A DNA stretch of 64,000 nucleotides, from the IMG/VR virus record IMGVR_UViG_3300043473_000258; one strand, given 5' to 3'. This document shows positions 26,084 to 36,448 of this stretch, one piece after another. This stretch comes from an uncultured virus (IMG/VR IMGVR_UViG_3300043473_000258). Taxonomy: Duplodnaviria; Heunggongvirae; Uroviricota; Caudoviricetes. The position numbers and the translations under genes were made by a program. Every line of letters begins with the position of its first letter. Position 1 is the stretch's first letter. The notes beneath the pieces were generated by a model. It had not been told where the DNA came from. It saw only the letters and a list, made by a program, of their open reading frames with translations, and did not search any database.

Positions 26084-27106
26084 ATGGCGTGCGGACCAGA
26101 CCAAGACGAGCTCGTCGCGAGGAAGCGATTCATTGAGTCATCCGAAGGGGTGAACAACTGCCTGCCGGAAGAGAGCGGGGTCCAAAGTGTTTCGGCTGGT
26201 CTCATCGGCACCTGCACGAATTGGATGATGGCCGCGTCGGTCTTCGCGCTCCAGACGTGGCGGGCGATTTGCTGGCTCTGGGCACGCATCCAGGTCATCG
26301 AGGGCCAGATTGACGACCTCCTCGTGCCGTCCACCGGCCCGACCGGCCCGACCGGCCCAGCGGGCCCCACGGGTCCGACCGGTGCCGACTCGACTGTTCC
26401 CGGCCCCACCGGTCCGCCCGGCGAAACCGGTCCTTCAGGGGGTCCAACTGGACCGTCCGGCCCGTCCGGCCCTGTTGGTCCGATTGGCCCCACCGGTCCC
26501 ACTGGCCCGATGGGCTTGGTGGGTCCGACCGGCCCGACAGGGGCCACCGGCCCAATCGGTGCGACCGGCGCCACGGGTGCTCCTTCTGTTGTCGTCGGCC
26601 CCACTGGACTCATGGGTCCCGTTGGTCCGGCAGGCCCCAGCGGCCCGAGCGGCCCACCGGGCACCGGCATCTCAGGGGTCATCGACGGCAGCACCGGAGC
26701 CCCAGGCATGGTCGGTGAGGTTCTCCGCGCTGATTTGGCCCAGATTGGCGCGGTCGCCTACCTCGGCGGCTGGCAGACCGTGCTCTCGCTGGTCCTGACG
26801 CCTGGGGACTGGGACATCACGGGCGTCCTCTGGTACAACCCCGTGTCGCTCGAGCCCGTGGCGGTCGTGGGCGCATCGCTGAGTTTCGTCACGAACACGC
26901 AGGGCATCCCCAACGAGGCAAATACTGGCATCTGGCAGCAGCCGGAGCAGAACATCAACCCGTACTCCGCCACGCCGGTAGGCCCGGTTCAATCGACTTC
27001 TGCCGCGTCGAGGACGGTCTTTCTGACGGCCAAGATTCTCGATGAGCCCACCGTTGCCGGTTCGGGAGTCGTGTGGGGAGTCATTCGAGCCCGGAGGATG
27101 CGATGA
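26084..27106 (+). CDS. Collagen-like fibre with Cys-rich N-terminus
   Basis: MACG..; G-X-Y tract; same IRARRMR C-terminal domain. Confidence 0.8.
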   Translation: MACGPDQDELVARKRFIESSEGVNNCLPEESGVQSVSAGLIGTCTNWMMAASVFALQTWRAICWLWARIQVIEGQIDDLLVPSTGPTGPTGPAGPTGPTGADSTVPGPTGPPGETGPSGGPTGPSGPSGPVGPIGPTGPTGPMGLVGPTGPTGATGPIGATGATGAPSVVVGPTGLMGPVGPAGPSGPSGPPGTGISGVIDGSTGAPGMVGEVLRADLAQIGAVAYLGGWQTVLSLVLTPGDWDITGVLWYNPVSLEPVAVVGASLSFVTNTQGIPNEANTGIWQQPEQNINPYSATPVGPVQSTSAASRTVFLTAKILDEPTVAGSGVVWGVIRARRMR

Positions 27107-28218
27107 GCTGCGCCCGTACCGTCATCAACCGCAAGCGCATCGTCGAGGCGCTCACGGCGCTCATTGCCTGTATGCCCGCGGGAGCGAATATCTCGTCCCT
27201 GCTCGGGCTCATCAATTCGTGCTGCACCATTGAGGACGCGCAGGCGATTTTCGACTTGGCCATCCAGCGGTCGGCTTGCTACCTGCAAACCGCAGGCTTG
27301 CTGCCATTCAGCCCCAGCGTGCAGCTATGGGACGGGCTGAGTGACGTGACTATCGACGACGGCATCAACCTGCTGAGATTGACTGGCCCTCCCGACGACG
27401 GCCGCACGATCTTCCTTCCACCGGTCGCCGGATACACGGGTGGAGCATACGTGGCCCTCGACCTGGGGATGGGCATTGACGTCCTGTTTGGCTACGCCGT
27501 TCTCCCCTCGGGCACAGACACCATCGACGGGAAGCCTGACATGGTGCCGCTCATGGGCGCGGCCTACCTCATCTTCACGCCCTCTGGCACCGGCAACTGG
27601 ACCTATCAGGTCGCCAATAACGACGATCCACGCTTCGTGCGGATTTTCAGCAGCACCGCCTTCTTCGGGGGCACCCCGGCCATCCCAGACATCAGGGTTG
27701 TCCCGGCTTCCTACAACGGCAACCCGACCTCATGGATTGGGCACGACGGGCTTTCGGGTGGGTACGGCGGGATCATGATCCCCATCAATCAGTTCGACCC
27801 GCTTCGGCTGGTGGACCGATTCAACTTCCCCATCGACGCGCTCATGCGCCATCCGCTCTCGAGCAACATCGCGCAGCCGGTGCCAACGCTTGGGACAGGG
27901 GCTGGGACCATCGGCGCCGGGGCTGAAATCGCCATCGTGGGCAACGACACCTGCGGCTGGGTGCGGGTGCTGACCGGCGCGGACGCAACGGGCGTGGGCG
28001 AAATCTTCGTGCTGCCATTTGACGGCCCATTTGCCGGAGCTCCCAGCGTGATCATGCAGTCGGGCGACGACACCACGCGCCTCGCGGACGCCGACTCTAT
28101 CTACGCTCCTCTGGACACCACTACCACCACCGAGTTCCGCGCCACGTTGCCCACCGGCAAAACCCTCGCGCCCTCTTCCGCCTATCGCTGGAGATACCAC
28201 ACCTTCGGAGGTCAATGA
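27103..28218 (+). CDS. Structural/tail protein with Cys-rich N-terminus
   Basis: MSCART..INSCCT; shares the PSGTDTIDG module with 25044. Confidence 0.7.
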   Translation: MSCARTVINRKRIVEALTALIACMPAGANISSLLGLINSCCTIEDAQAIFDLAIQRSACYLQTAGLLPFSPSVQLWDGLSDVTIDDGINLLRLTGPPDDGRTIFLPPVAGYTGGAYVALDLGMGIDVLFGYAVLPSGTDTIDGKPDMVPLMGAAYLIFTPSGTGNWTYQVANNDDPRFVRIFSSTAFFGGTPAIPDIRVVPASYNGNPTSWIGHDGLSGGYGGIMIPINQFDPLRLVDRFNFPIDALMRHPLSSNIAQPVPTLGTGAGTIGAGAEIAIVGNDTCGWVRVLTGADATGVGEIFVLPFDGPFAGAPSVIMQSGDDTTRLADADSIYAPLDTTTTTEFRATLPTGKTLAPSSAYRWRYHTFGGQ

Positions 28219-28221
28219 CCC

Positions 28222-28371
28222 ATGCCTCTCCAATACTCATCCTCGAAGAAAGCGGTCAGCAACAACATCCGCAAGGAGATGAAGGCTGGCCGACCGCAGA
28301 AACAGGCCATCGCGATCGCGCTCTCGACCCAACGCCGCTGTAAGGCTGGCAAGTGTCGGGGCAAGAAATAG
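28222..28371 (+). CDS. Small basic phage protein (49 aa)
   Basis: MPL..SKKAVSNNIRKEMKAGRPQKQAIAIAL, a pattern recurrent in phage structural modules. Confidence 0.7.
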   Translation: MPLQYSSSKKAVSNNIRKEMKAGRPQKQAIAIALSTQRRCKAGKCRGKK

Positions 28372-28407
28372 CCTAGACGGAAAATTCACCCCGACCCACC
28401 TTAAAAC

Positions 28408-28575
28408 ATGTACGCCATCGACTACATCAACGGGACCATCATGTGTCCTTGCGAGGGCAGCGCGACGTCCTTCGTGAACCTCGACACCGGAGAAATCCAG
28501 TGCCTCGTCGACTGCGGGGACTGCAGTAAATCGTGGTCCTTCGTGGACAACCAGTTCAATCAGATTTGCGAATAA
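28408..28575 (+). CDS. 55-aa protein with 6 Cys
   Basis: Read manually; preceded by TAGACG-17-CACCTT-5-ATG. Confidence 0.65.
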   Translation: MYAIDYINGTIMCPCEGSATSFVNLDTGEIQCLVDCGDCSKSWSFVDNQFNQICE

Positions 28576-28578
28576 CCT

Positions 28579-29514
28579 ATGTCCTGCGGATGCGCCGGTC
28601 CCCAGCAACTAAACTCGTATGGCTGCTGCTGCAGATGCGGCCAGCTTCCGGCTATTCGTGAAGAGGGTCCGCCCGGCGAGCAGGGGCCAGCGGGGGTGAC
28701 GCCGAGCTTTATCATCGGCTCGGTCACGGCTGGGCCGGTGCCCGCGGTCGTGCTCACGCAAATCACGCCGACGCTCTGGCAGTTTGATTTCGTGCTGCCA
28801 GGGGCGCCGACCTCGACTGAGAACACCTGGAGCGAGACCCAGACCTTCCTCGCCGAGGCGATTTTCGACGACGGGCTGACCTCCGATGGGCCGGTGCTCA
28901 TTGACGACAACCTTAACGTCACTGGCAATGCGCAGTTCAACACGGTGCAGGTGCTCGGCGACCTGACCAGCAACGGAACGGCGGAGTTTCAGAGCCTCAC
29001 CGTCTTCAACAACACGAGCATCGGCGGTGACCTCTTCGTTGCGGGGGCCTTCACCACCATGCTCGCCGCCAACTTCAATGGCGGAGTCAACGGCATCACC
29101 AACGGAGCGGCGGCCGGGGTCGGCCAAGTGGGCGAAATCATCTTTTCAGAGGTGCTCTCCGGCTCGGCCGTGCCGCTGGTCACCGACACGCCAAAGACGG
29201 TCACCTCCATCGCGCTCACGGCGGGCCAGTGGAACGTCTTCGGCGTCGTCCATTACATCGGGCTCTTCGGCATCACCACGCTCGCCTACATCGGCGGCGG
29301 AATTTCCGTTGTGGACAACTCCTTCTGGGCTTTCGGCCAGGGCGTGCTGACGCCCGGTGGCGGAGCGCCCATCACGGTCGACGTGGGAGTGCCGATTCCC
29401 ACCGTGACGGTCAACCAGCCGGGCGGGCTGCTGCACTTCCTCATCGCGCAAGCTGGCTTTGGGGTGGGTAACCTCTCCGCCTACGGCAGAATTTGGGCAA
29501 TCCGAGTACGCTGA
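28579..29514 (+). CDS. Tail fibre/spike with Cys-rich N-terminus
   Basis: MSCGC..GCCCRC; beta-repeat shaft; LTAGQW..IWAIRVR domain. Confidence 0.75.
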   Translation: MSCGCAGPQQLNSYGCCCRCGQLPAIREEGPPGEQGPAGVTPSFIIGSVTAGPVPAVVLTQITPTLWQFDFVLPGAPTSTENTWSETQTFLAEAIFDDGLTSDGPVLIDDNLNVTGNAQFNTVQVLGDLTSNGTAEFQSLTVFNNTSIGGDLFVAGAFTTMLAANFNGGVNGITNGAAAGVGQVGEIIFSEVLSGSAVPLVTDTPKTVTSIALTAGQWNVFGVVHYIGLFGITTLAYIGGGISVVDNSFWAFGQGVLTPGGGAPITVDVGVPIPTVTVNQPGGLLHFLIAQAGFGVGNLSAYGRIWAIRVR

Positions 29515-29517
29515 CCT

Positions 29518-30483
29518 ATGAGCTCCTGCGGCAATACCGATCCCTGCGCACCGGTCAATCCATGCGATTGCGTGGAGCCCGCCGCTATTCGCGAGCAGGG
29601 TCCTCCGGGCCCCGGTGGAGCACCGGGCGGCATCCCCGTCTTCCAAATCGGCGTGGTCATTGCGGGCGCGGTGCCAGCGGTGACGATCGTGCAGGTCAAT
29701 CCGCTGCTCTACACGCTCAACTTCGTCATCCCGAGTGCCAACCTCACCACGCCCAATACGTGGACCGAGATTCAGACCTTCCAGGGCAAGGCCGTTTTCA
29801 ACAACGGCTTCACCGCGACGGGCGACTCGAACATTCAGACGCTGACTGTTGGGAATTTGACGGTCGCGGGCAACGGCACCTACGTCGGGCTGCAGACCTT
29901 CAATGGGGGCGCGGTCTTCAACGGCCCGGCTGAGTTCAACGGCGGAGCCGACATCGACCAGCTCCGTGTCTCGGGCACCATCCAGAACGCGGGCATCACG
30001 CAGCTCCCGGCCAACACGCCGATTCTGGGCACGGTGGCCGTCGACAACTGCGGCAACTTCTTTTATCAGGGCACTCTCGGGCCAAACAGCACGGCTGGGT
30101 CCTCGGCGCTCGCGATGAATGTGCCCTTCAATCAGGCGGAGACGGCCATCCCCTTCAGCCTGCCCTTCGTGGTGCCCAACCTCCCAGCCTGCGGCGTGGC
30201 CCAGCCCGCGGCGGTCATCATCCGCGGCGACGTTGTCACCAACGCTGGTGGCGCCATCCCGGTCGACATCTCGAGCTTCCGGGTCTTCGTGCGCTTGGAC
30301 AATGCGGTGACCGGCACAATCCTCGCCCAGCGCATCTTCACCAACTTCGAGGCGGGCGGGGCATGGATCACCAACGCGCTCATTCCGCCCGGCGCTCACA
30401 CGCTCTTCTTCACGATCGCCGGTCTGAGTGTCGGCAGCTCGACCATCACCCTCATCGCAATCGACTGCTCGATTGACTTCTAA
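29518..30483 (+). CDS. Tail fibre/spike, N-terminal paralogue of 28579
   Basis: Shared AIRE.GPPG..NTW.E.QTF. Confidence 0.75.
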   Translation: MSSCGNTDPCAPVNPCDCVEPAAIREQGPPGPGGAPGGIPVFQIGVVIAGAVPAVTIVQVNPLLYTLNFVIPSANLTTPNTWTEIQTFQGKAVFNNGFTATGDSNIQTLTVGNLTVAGNGTYVGLQTFNGGAVFNGPAEFNGGADIDQLRVSGTIQNAGITQLPANTPILGTVAVDNCGNFFYQGTLGPNSTAGSSALAMNVPFNQAETAIPFSLPFVVPNLPACGVAQPAAVIIRGDVVTNAGGAIPVDISSFRVFVRLDNAVTGTILAQRIFTNFEAGGAWITNALIPPGAHTLFFTIAGLSVGSSTITLIAIDCSIDF

Positions 30484-30485
30484 AT

Positions 30486-32597
30486 GTGGCTTCCCAAACA
30501 CAAGCAAAGCCAAGATACCGGGACGGCTGGGACGCCCTCGCCGGGGGCATGGACGCCGGGCGCGATCCGTCGCTCATCGGCAAGGACCAGGTTGCGTTCG
30601 CGCTGAACACGACCTTCCGCGGCGGCTTCCCGCGCACGCGGCCGTACTTCGTAAAGCATCCCATCACCTTCCTCTCGGAGGAGGAGCGGAGCTGGTTCGA
30701 GACGGAGATTTTCCAGGGAATGTTTTTCTACTCGATTCAGGCCACCCCGAACACGGTCGTCAGCAACACCAACGCCGGGTATCTCATCTTCTGCGTTGGC
30801 GGCAGGCTCTGGCGCATCAAACCGCGCAGCTTCGTGGCCGAGGAAATCACGCCCCCGGACGGCCGCAACAGCCGGGTGATTCCGATGGCCTACTTCGCGC
30901 AGGCGGAGCAGTGGATGATCGTGCAGGACGGGCAAAGCGCCCCGATTTTGTGGGACGGCGGCAACACGCGCCGGGCGGGACTCAACGAGGTGCCGGTCGG
31001 CACGCACATGGCCTACGGCCAAGGGCGGCTCTTCGTCATCGTCGGAAACGTGCTCATGGCGGGCGACATTGTCGGCGGCCCTGGCGGCCCCAATGCGGTC
31101 ATCAACTTCACCGAGCGGCTTGAGAAAATCCTCAACAGCGATTTGTCGCCGAGCTTCGTCATCGGTAACCCGGTTTTCCTCGAATTCATCCCGCAGCAGG
31201 ACACGGCGACCGGTGTGGGCACCCTTCTCGTCGGCGGCGAGCACGGGGTCACCAGCATCGCCGCGGAGAAGCCCCGCATCGAGTGGAGAAACGGCATCGC
31301 CCGCGTGGTGCTCTTCGGCATCGGCGGCACCGGCCACCGCAGCCCGGCGCAAATCAACGGCGACATCTACTGGCGTGCGGCCGAGGGCCTGCGCAGCTAC
31401 CGCCAGGCGCGTGCGCAAGTCACGGCACTCGCCCAGCTCCCGCTCTCAACCGAGCTCGACCCCTTCTTCATGGCCGACACTCCGCAGCTCCTCCAATTCG
31501 TGAGCAGCGAGTATTTCGACAACCGGTTGCTCATGACTGTGAGCCCGCGCTGGAGCAATGGCCGCTGCTGGTTCGGTGGTTTGATGTCGCTGGATTTCAA
31601 TGCGCTTTCCAGCTTCGGGAAGACCATCACCAAGCCCAGCTACGACGGAATCTGGACGGGGCTGAACATCTCGGAAATCCGCGGCGGCGGCGGCCGGTGC
31701 TGGATGGCGGGCATCGACGAGGTCGGCCGCAATTCGCTTTACGAGGTGACCCTCGACGAGCAGGTCCTGGTGGGCGACGTCAACGACGAGCTCGACGTGC
31801 GCCGGGTGCGCGGCCAAATCGTCAGCGGAGCCTACGTGACCAAGGAGCTCGGCAGTCACAGCCCGAAACGGCTTATCGGCGGGAAATTCACCGTCCGAAA
31901 CGTCCGCGAGCGAGTCGACCTGGGCATTGACTATAAGAAAGACGGCGAGCAGTGCTGGCAGCCGTGGGACGGATACAGCTTCTGCGCGGACACCGTGCTC
32001 TGCACGCTGCAGCCCAGCGACGAGGAGCCGTGCGAGCGGCCCTTCGTGGCCAACCCGCAGTACCGCGTGCCCATCGTGCTGCGCCAGCCGGATGCGCTCG
32101 AGGCGAAGAGCAACAACCCGCCCGATGGCGCCGGAGCGTTCGGCGCGTCGATGGTCAACGGCTACGAATTCCAGAGCCGCTTTCGTTTCGAGGGCAACGT
32201 GCAGCTCCGCTGGTTGGAGATGGAGTTCAATCCCGGCTACGAGAAGCCGGTGAGCGGCTGCGTGCCCACCGAGGACTGCAGCTATTCGAACGTGTGCTGC
32301 GAGGACATGTGGGAGTTCACCCCGGAGCTGCCCAACTATCTCATCCCGCTCAACCCGCCAGACCCGAAGGCCGTCACGCTCGATGCGATGCAGGCCATCA
32401 TCAATTATTTGGGCAACGGGCTGCTCACGCCAATCAACGACATCAACGATGCGCTGCCTTTCCCACCGGAGGTCATAAATGACGGTCTAGTCATCCTAAT
32501 CAACAACGGTACACTAGATCATCCCTCCAATCCTCCGGGCGGCGGAGGTGGTGGTGGCGGTTTCGTCAGATTCATTCCACTCGATCGGGCCCATTAA
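30486..32597 (+). CDS. Putative tail nozzle/stabiliser (tubular B / P22 gp10-like)
   Basis: 703-aa beta-rich protein with N-terminal GGMD..PSLI..FRGG..RP; podovirus gene order. Confidence 0.6.
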   Translation: MASQTQAKPRYRDGWDALAGGMDAGRDPSLIGKDQVAFALNTTFRGGFPRTRPYFVKHPITFLSEEERSWFETEIFQGMFFYSIQATPNTVVSNTNAGYLIFCVGGRLWRIKPRSFVAEEITPPDGRNSRVIPMAYFAQAEQWMIVQDGQSAPILWDGGNTRRAGLNEVPVGTHMAYGQGRLFVIVGNVLMAGDIVGGPGGPNAVINFTERLEKILNSDLSPSFVIGNPVFLEFIPQQDTATGVGTLLVGGEHGVTSIAAEKPRIEWRNGIARVVLFGIGGTGHRSPAQINGDIYWRAAEGLRSYRQARAQVTALAQLPLSTELDPFFMADTPQLLQFVSSEYFDNRLLMTVSPRWSNGRCWFGGLMSLDFNALSSFGKTITKPSYDGIWTGLNISEIRGGGGRCWMAGIDEVGRNSLYEVTLDEQVLVGDVNDELDVRRVRGQIVSGAYVTKELGSHSPKRLIGGKFTVRNVRERVDLGIDYKKDGEQCWQPWDGYSFCADTVLCTLQPSDEEPCERPFVANPQYRVPIVLRQPDALEAKSNNPPDGAGAFGASMVNGYEFQSRFRFEGNVQLRWLEMEFNPGYEKPVSGCVPTEDCSYSNVCCEDMWEFTPELPNYLIPLNPPDPKAVTLDAMQAIINYLGNGLLTPINDINDALPFPPEVINDGLVILINNGTLDHPSNPPGGGGGGGGFVRFIPLDRAH

Positions 32598-32599
32598 CC

Positions 32600-33310
32600 A
32601 TGAGCGTCGTCAATGTCACAGTCGCAAATCCGCCAGCCGGGCTGTGCATCCCGCCTGCGTGGGTGAAATGGCTGCAGGAGGCCATCATCCTCAATCAGTC
32701 GAACATTGAGGGCAGCCAGCGCATCCTCAAGCAGACGACAGCTCCTGGCCCGGACGATCGCGATGCCTTGTGGCACAAAATTTCCGGCACCGGCATCTCG
32801 CTGGGCCTCTTCACTTATTCGAATGGCGCGTGGAGGCGTTTCCCTACGACTCCCATCGGCGCCCGCGTCTTTTACACCGGGCCCATCACCGGAGTCTTCG
32901 ACCCGCAAAGCTACATCGGGATCCCCGGCACCGAATGGGACGGCTGGCAGCTCGACTTCACTTTCAAGAACCTGTTCCCCGTCATCGCGAGCGACTACGA
33001 CGCGCAGCTCGGGGCCTGGCAGACGATGGTGCCGGGCTCGCCGCAGCAGCAGGGCGGATTCCCCACGGTCACGCTCTCCCCGGCCAATGTGCCGCTGGCC
33101 AGCACGCCCGCGGTCACCACCTTCCTGCACGCCCGCGGAAATCCCGGCATCGGCGACTTCGTCCTGTGGGGCGACCAGTCGGCCTCGGGAGGGCTCAACG
33201 AAAAGACCCTCATCCCGGCCTTCGCGGGCAACCCGGACCCGCAAGCCTTCCAAATCCTGCCGCCATTCGTCGCGCAGGCCCAGATTGTCTACATCGGAAT
33301 TGCACCCTGA
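32600..33310 (+). CDS. Tail collar/needle-like structural protein
   Basis: GG..TVTL...NVP and ILPPFVA..I motifs resemble collar-domain proteins. Confidence 0.55.
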   Translation: MSVVNVTVANPPAGLCIPPAWVKWLQEAIILNQSNIEGSQRILKQTTAPGPDDRDALWHKISGTGISLGLFTYSNGAWRRFPTTPIGARVFYTGPITGVFDPQSYIGIPGTEWDGWQLDFTFKNLFPVIASDYDAQLGAWQTMVPGSPQQQGGFPTVTLSPANVPLASTPAVTTFLHARGNPGIGDFVLWGDQSASGGLNEKTLIPAFAGNPDPQAFQILPPFVAQAQIVYIGIAP

Positions 33311-33313
33311 CCC

Positions 33314-35263
33314 ATGCTTCTCTACGGCGATGTCAAAAGCACCCTGACTCAAGCGAGTGACGGTGGCTGTGATCCTGCGCAGGTCATTGAGCGGGTGAAC
33401 GAGGCCATTCCCCTGCTCATGGGGAAAATGTATTTCGTCGGCACGGTCGCCGAAATCAACATCCAGACTTTCGTGCCGGAATTCAGCCTGCCCTTCGGCT
33501 ACGAGCGGGCGCTCTCAGTCATTCAGTGCGCGGCCGGTGACTTCAACCAGGGCTGGTACTCGATTGAGAACAGCGCGGCCTACATCGACCCCGCGCAGTG
33601 GGGCGACTCGGTCGCGATCGACCTGGGACTCAAAGCCACCGAGCGGTCGCTCCTGGGCCCGGCGAAAATCATCGTGCAGAGCGATTACAACGAGGACTTC
33701 GGCCTCGAGCTGCGGCTTTACGGGTCGCTCGCGGGCAACACGAATTTCGTCTACTACGAGCAGGACGGCCGGATGCTCCCGCAGGGCTGGGAGACGCTAC
33801 CCATCGGGCCCGACAACACGAACAAGTCGACCACGGTCAATCTCTACGACTTCATCAGCGCCATCCGCAAGCCCATCACCAAGGGCCCCGTCCGCATCCT
33901 GGCGCAGGACGAAAACAGCGGGCGGCTCTACCGCCTCATCACCCTTCAGCCCAATGAAACCGATGCCCAACGCCGCTGGTACAAGTACCCGGAGATGCAG
34001 TTCACGAAAATCGTACCGCGCTGCGTCTACCCCACCGACGAGGGATTCCAGGTCGACACGAATTTCGAGCAAGTCCCGCTTTGTGCTGGCGACTCTATTG
34101 TCCTGTCTGGCTTCTGCCCCACTCAGTTCAACGGTCTCTGGACGGTTGCGTCGGTTGTTGGCTCGAGTTTCTACGTCGTGGCGCCCATCAAGGCGGGCTG
34201 GACAAATCCGGGCGAGGCCATCTCCGCCATCGGGTGCTGCACCAAGCTGGCGTGCATGACGGTGAGCGCCTCGAAGGAGTTTGTCCCAATCGTGGACGAC
34301 AACAGCGAGGTCATCATCCAGAACCGGCTCGCGCTGCGCATGGCCGTGCGGGCGATGTGGGCGTGGGACACGGGCGACGTCGATGGGCCGCAGGGTTTCA
34401 CGACGCTGGTCGGCGAGGCGGTGAAGATGCTCACCGACGACCTCACGCGCTACGGGCTCGACCCCACCAACACGCTCAACCGCAAGCAGGCTTACCGCTT
34501 CGAGCACGACAACTACGCGCCGTCGACCTTCGGCTACATCCGCGCCCGGCTCGCCCTCGACATGACCAACGGGCTGCGCTACGGCCGCAGCGACCTCGGC
34601 CGCCTGCTCAACGAGGCCCAGGAATTGTCCATCGTCTCGGGCAAGTACGGCAACACCGCGGTCGAGCGCGTCTTCGAGGTGACTGATTGCCGGAAGATCG
34701 TCCTCGACCCGGACTGCGAGAGCGTGCTCACAGCTTCATTCGCCAGCGTCAACGGCGCGAGCTTCAGCGGCGGCGGCGGGGAAATCATCATCGGCGACAA
34801 GTATTGGAGGAGCACGACGAGCATGAGCCCCGGCCGCGGCATGGGCTATGGCGGCCAGCCGTACTTCGCGCTCTCAACTCTCGGCGGAGCTGGCTTCCTC
34901 AAGGCGACCCTGGTGCCATGCGAGGAGGAGGAAAAGGACGAGCACGGGCGATGCTGTAAGGTTTTCCGGCTGGAGCCGTGCGGGGCCTTTCGAAACTGCT
35001 GCATCACCGCCGTCGTGAAGCTGCGCTACCTCGAGGCCATCTGCCTCAAGGACCACATGCTGATTACGAATTTCGCCGCGCTCAAATTCATCGTGGAGGG
35101 CCTCATCAAGCGGGAGGCCGGTGACTTCGAAGCGTACCAGAAACTCAAGAACGCGGGCTTCGCTTTGCTCGACGTCGAGATTCGGCACAAGAAGGGCGGA
35201 GCGCAGGGCAAGGTCCGGCGTCCCGGCTGGGCCCTCATCCGCCGCACCCAAGGAATGCGATAA
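33314..35263 (+). CDS. Putative head-tail adaptor-like protein (17 Cys, internal duplication)
   Basis: Two similar modules, ERVNEAIPLL and RLLNEAQELS; position in the tail block. Confidence 0.5.
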   Translation: MLLYGDVKSTLTQASDGGCDPAQVIERVNEAIPLLMGKMYFVGTVAEINIQTFVPEFSLPFGYERALSVIQCAAGDFNQGWYSIENSAAYIDPAQWGDSVAIDLGLKATERSLLGPAKIIVQSDYNEDFGLELRLYGSLAGNTNFVYYEQDGRMLPQGWETLPIGPDNTNKSTTVNLYDFISAIRKPITKGPVRILAQDENSGRLYRLITLQPNETDAQRRWYKYPEMQFTKIVPRCVYPTDEGFQVDTNFEQVPLCAGDSIVLSGFCPTQFNGLWTVASVVGSSFYVVAPIKAGWTNPGEAISAIGCCTKLACMTVSASKEFVPIVDDNSEVIIQNRLALRMAVRAMWAWDTGDVDGPQGFTTLVGEAVKMLTDDLTRYGLDPTNTLNRKQAYRFEHDNYAPSTFGYIRARLALDMTNGLRYGRSDLGRLLNEAQELSIVSGKYGNTAVERVFEVTDCRKIVLDPDCESVLTASFASVNGASFSGGGGEIIIGDKYWRSTTSMSPGRGMGYGGQPYFALSTLGGAGFLKATLVPCEEEEKDEHGRCCKVFRLEPCGAFRNCCITAVVKLRYLEAICLKDHMLITNFAALKFIVEGLIKREAGDFEAYQKLKNAGFALLDVEIRHKKGGAQGKVRRPGWALIRRTQGMR

Positions 35264-35958
35264 TGGATTACGGCGCCATCATTTCACTCGCGGGATCCGC
35301 TGCCAAGGGCATCGGCTCGGCGCAGTCTGCCGAGGCGCAGAAGGAGGGCCTCACCTGGGACCCGGTCCTTTTCAAGCCGGGGAAGATTGGCGATGCCCAG
35401 CAGGAATTTTTGCAGCAGGGCGAGCGACTGGGCGACGTGAGCGAGCTCGTGCGCAGGGCCAACACGGCCGACAACGAGGCACTCCAGAAGCGGTACATGG
35501 AGACCAACCCGGAGCTGGCCGCGGGCATCGGGGCGACCGACCAGGCGGCGGCCGACTATGCGGCGGGCAAAATCGCACCCGACGTGCAGCTCCAGCTCGA
35601 CCGGACGGCGGCGGAGAGGGCGTTGCAGGGCGGCTACGCGGGGTCGGACATGGCTGGTGCCCAGAACCTCGTGGACACGATGAAGTACCGGCTGAACCTG
35701 CAGACGACGCTGGCGCCGGAGATGCAGGCGAAGGCTTTCAACTACGCGAACGCGCTCAACCCGAACGAGACCAACGTGGCGAGCTTGCTCATGGATCCAG
35801 CTTCGATCAACAAGCGCAATAACCAGCGCCTCATGTATAACAACCAGATCCGCAACCAGCAGGAGCAGCTCAACGCGAAGGCCAAGGCCGAAAGCGGGAA
35901 TATTCTGTTCGGGACAAATACCGGAGGAGGCGGGGGGAGTGGGATGCCTAGCATTTAA
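35263..35958 (+). CDS. Putative ejection/pilot protein
   Basis: G/A-rich N-terminus, Q/N-rich helices, no Cys. Confidence 0.6.
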   Translation: MDYGAIISLAGSAAKGIGSAQSAEAQKEGLTWDPVLFKPGKIGDAQQEFLQQGERLGDVSELVRRANTADNEALQKRYMETNPELAAGIGATDQAAADYAAGKIAPDVQLQLDRTAAERALQGGYAGSDMAGAQNLVDTMKYRLNLQTTLAPEMQAKAFNYANALNPNETNVASLLMDPASINKRNNQRLMYNNQIRNQQEQLNAKAKAESGNILFGTNTGGGGGSGMPSI

Positions 35959-36391
35959 GACCATGGAACGCACGCTCCAGTCCCCAAACCCTGATTCGCT
36001 TGTCCAACGTGGGACGAGCGACTCCGCAGCGCCGAGCCCATCCGCTGATAGTGTCGGTGATGCCTCCTCGCGTAATCTTGTGAGCCGAGCGCGTGTTCAC
36101 GACCTGCTGCTGTTTCGTCGCCCAGCGGACATTGCCCGGAGCGTATGGGCCCTCGTTGTTGATTCGATCAAACGAAAGCGACTTGTGCGGCTTCTCCCCG
36201 ATCTCGCGCACCACGTCGATTTCGAAGAGGGCGAAATGCTTCCATGGCGGGTGGTAGGTTATTCCTCGGCCGCCGTACCAGCGAAAGTAGGCGTGCTTCG
36301 GGTTGTCGCAGCGAGCCTTCATCTGCTCCCAGACGTGATAGAGATAATCGCGACCGCCTCTCGGCGCTCGGCCGTGTTTGCATTTTCGCAT
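35948..36391 (-). mobile_element. Free-standing HNH-type homing endonuclease gene
   Basis: WEQMKARC.NP..YGGRGI..SFDRINNEGPYAPGNVRWAT..Q..N; antisense insertion with its own promoter. Confidence 0.85.
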
Positions 36392-36448
36392 CTGCTCATC
36401 GTGGGGCCCAGCGGCAACAAGTCAATCGGAATGAAGGAGGCCGCGTAA

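Noticed and set aside
21952..26660. GPT-coding nucleotide repeats as a DNA repeat array or DGR
   Set aside because: Third positions vary, so the repeat is at protein level; no reverse transcriptase or TR/VR pair seen.
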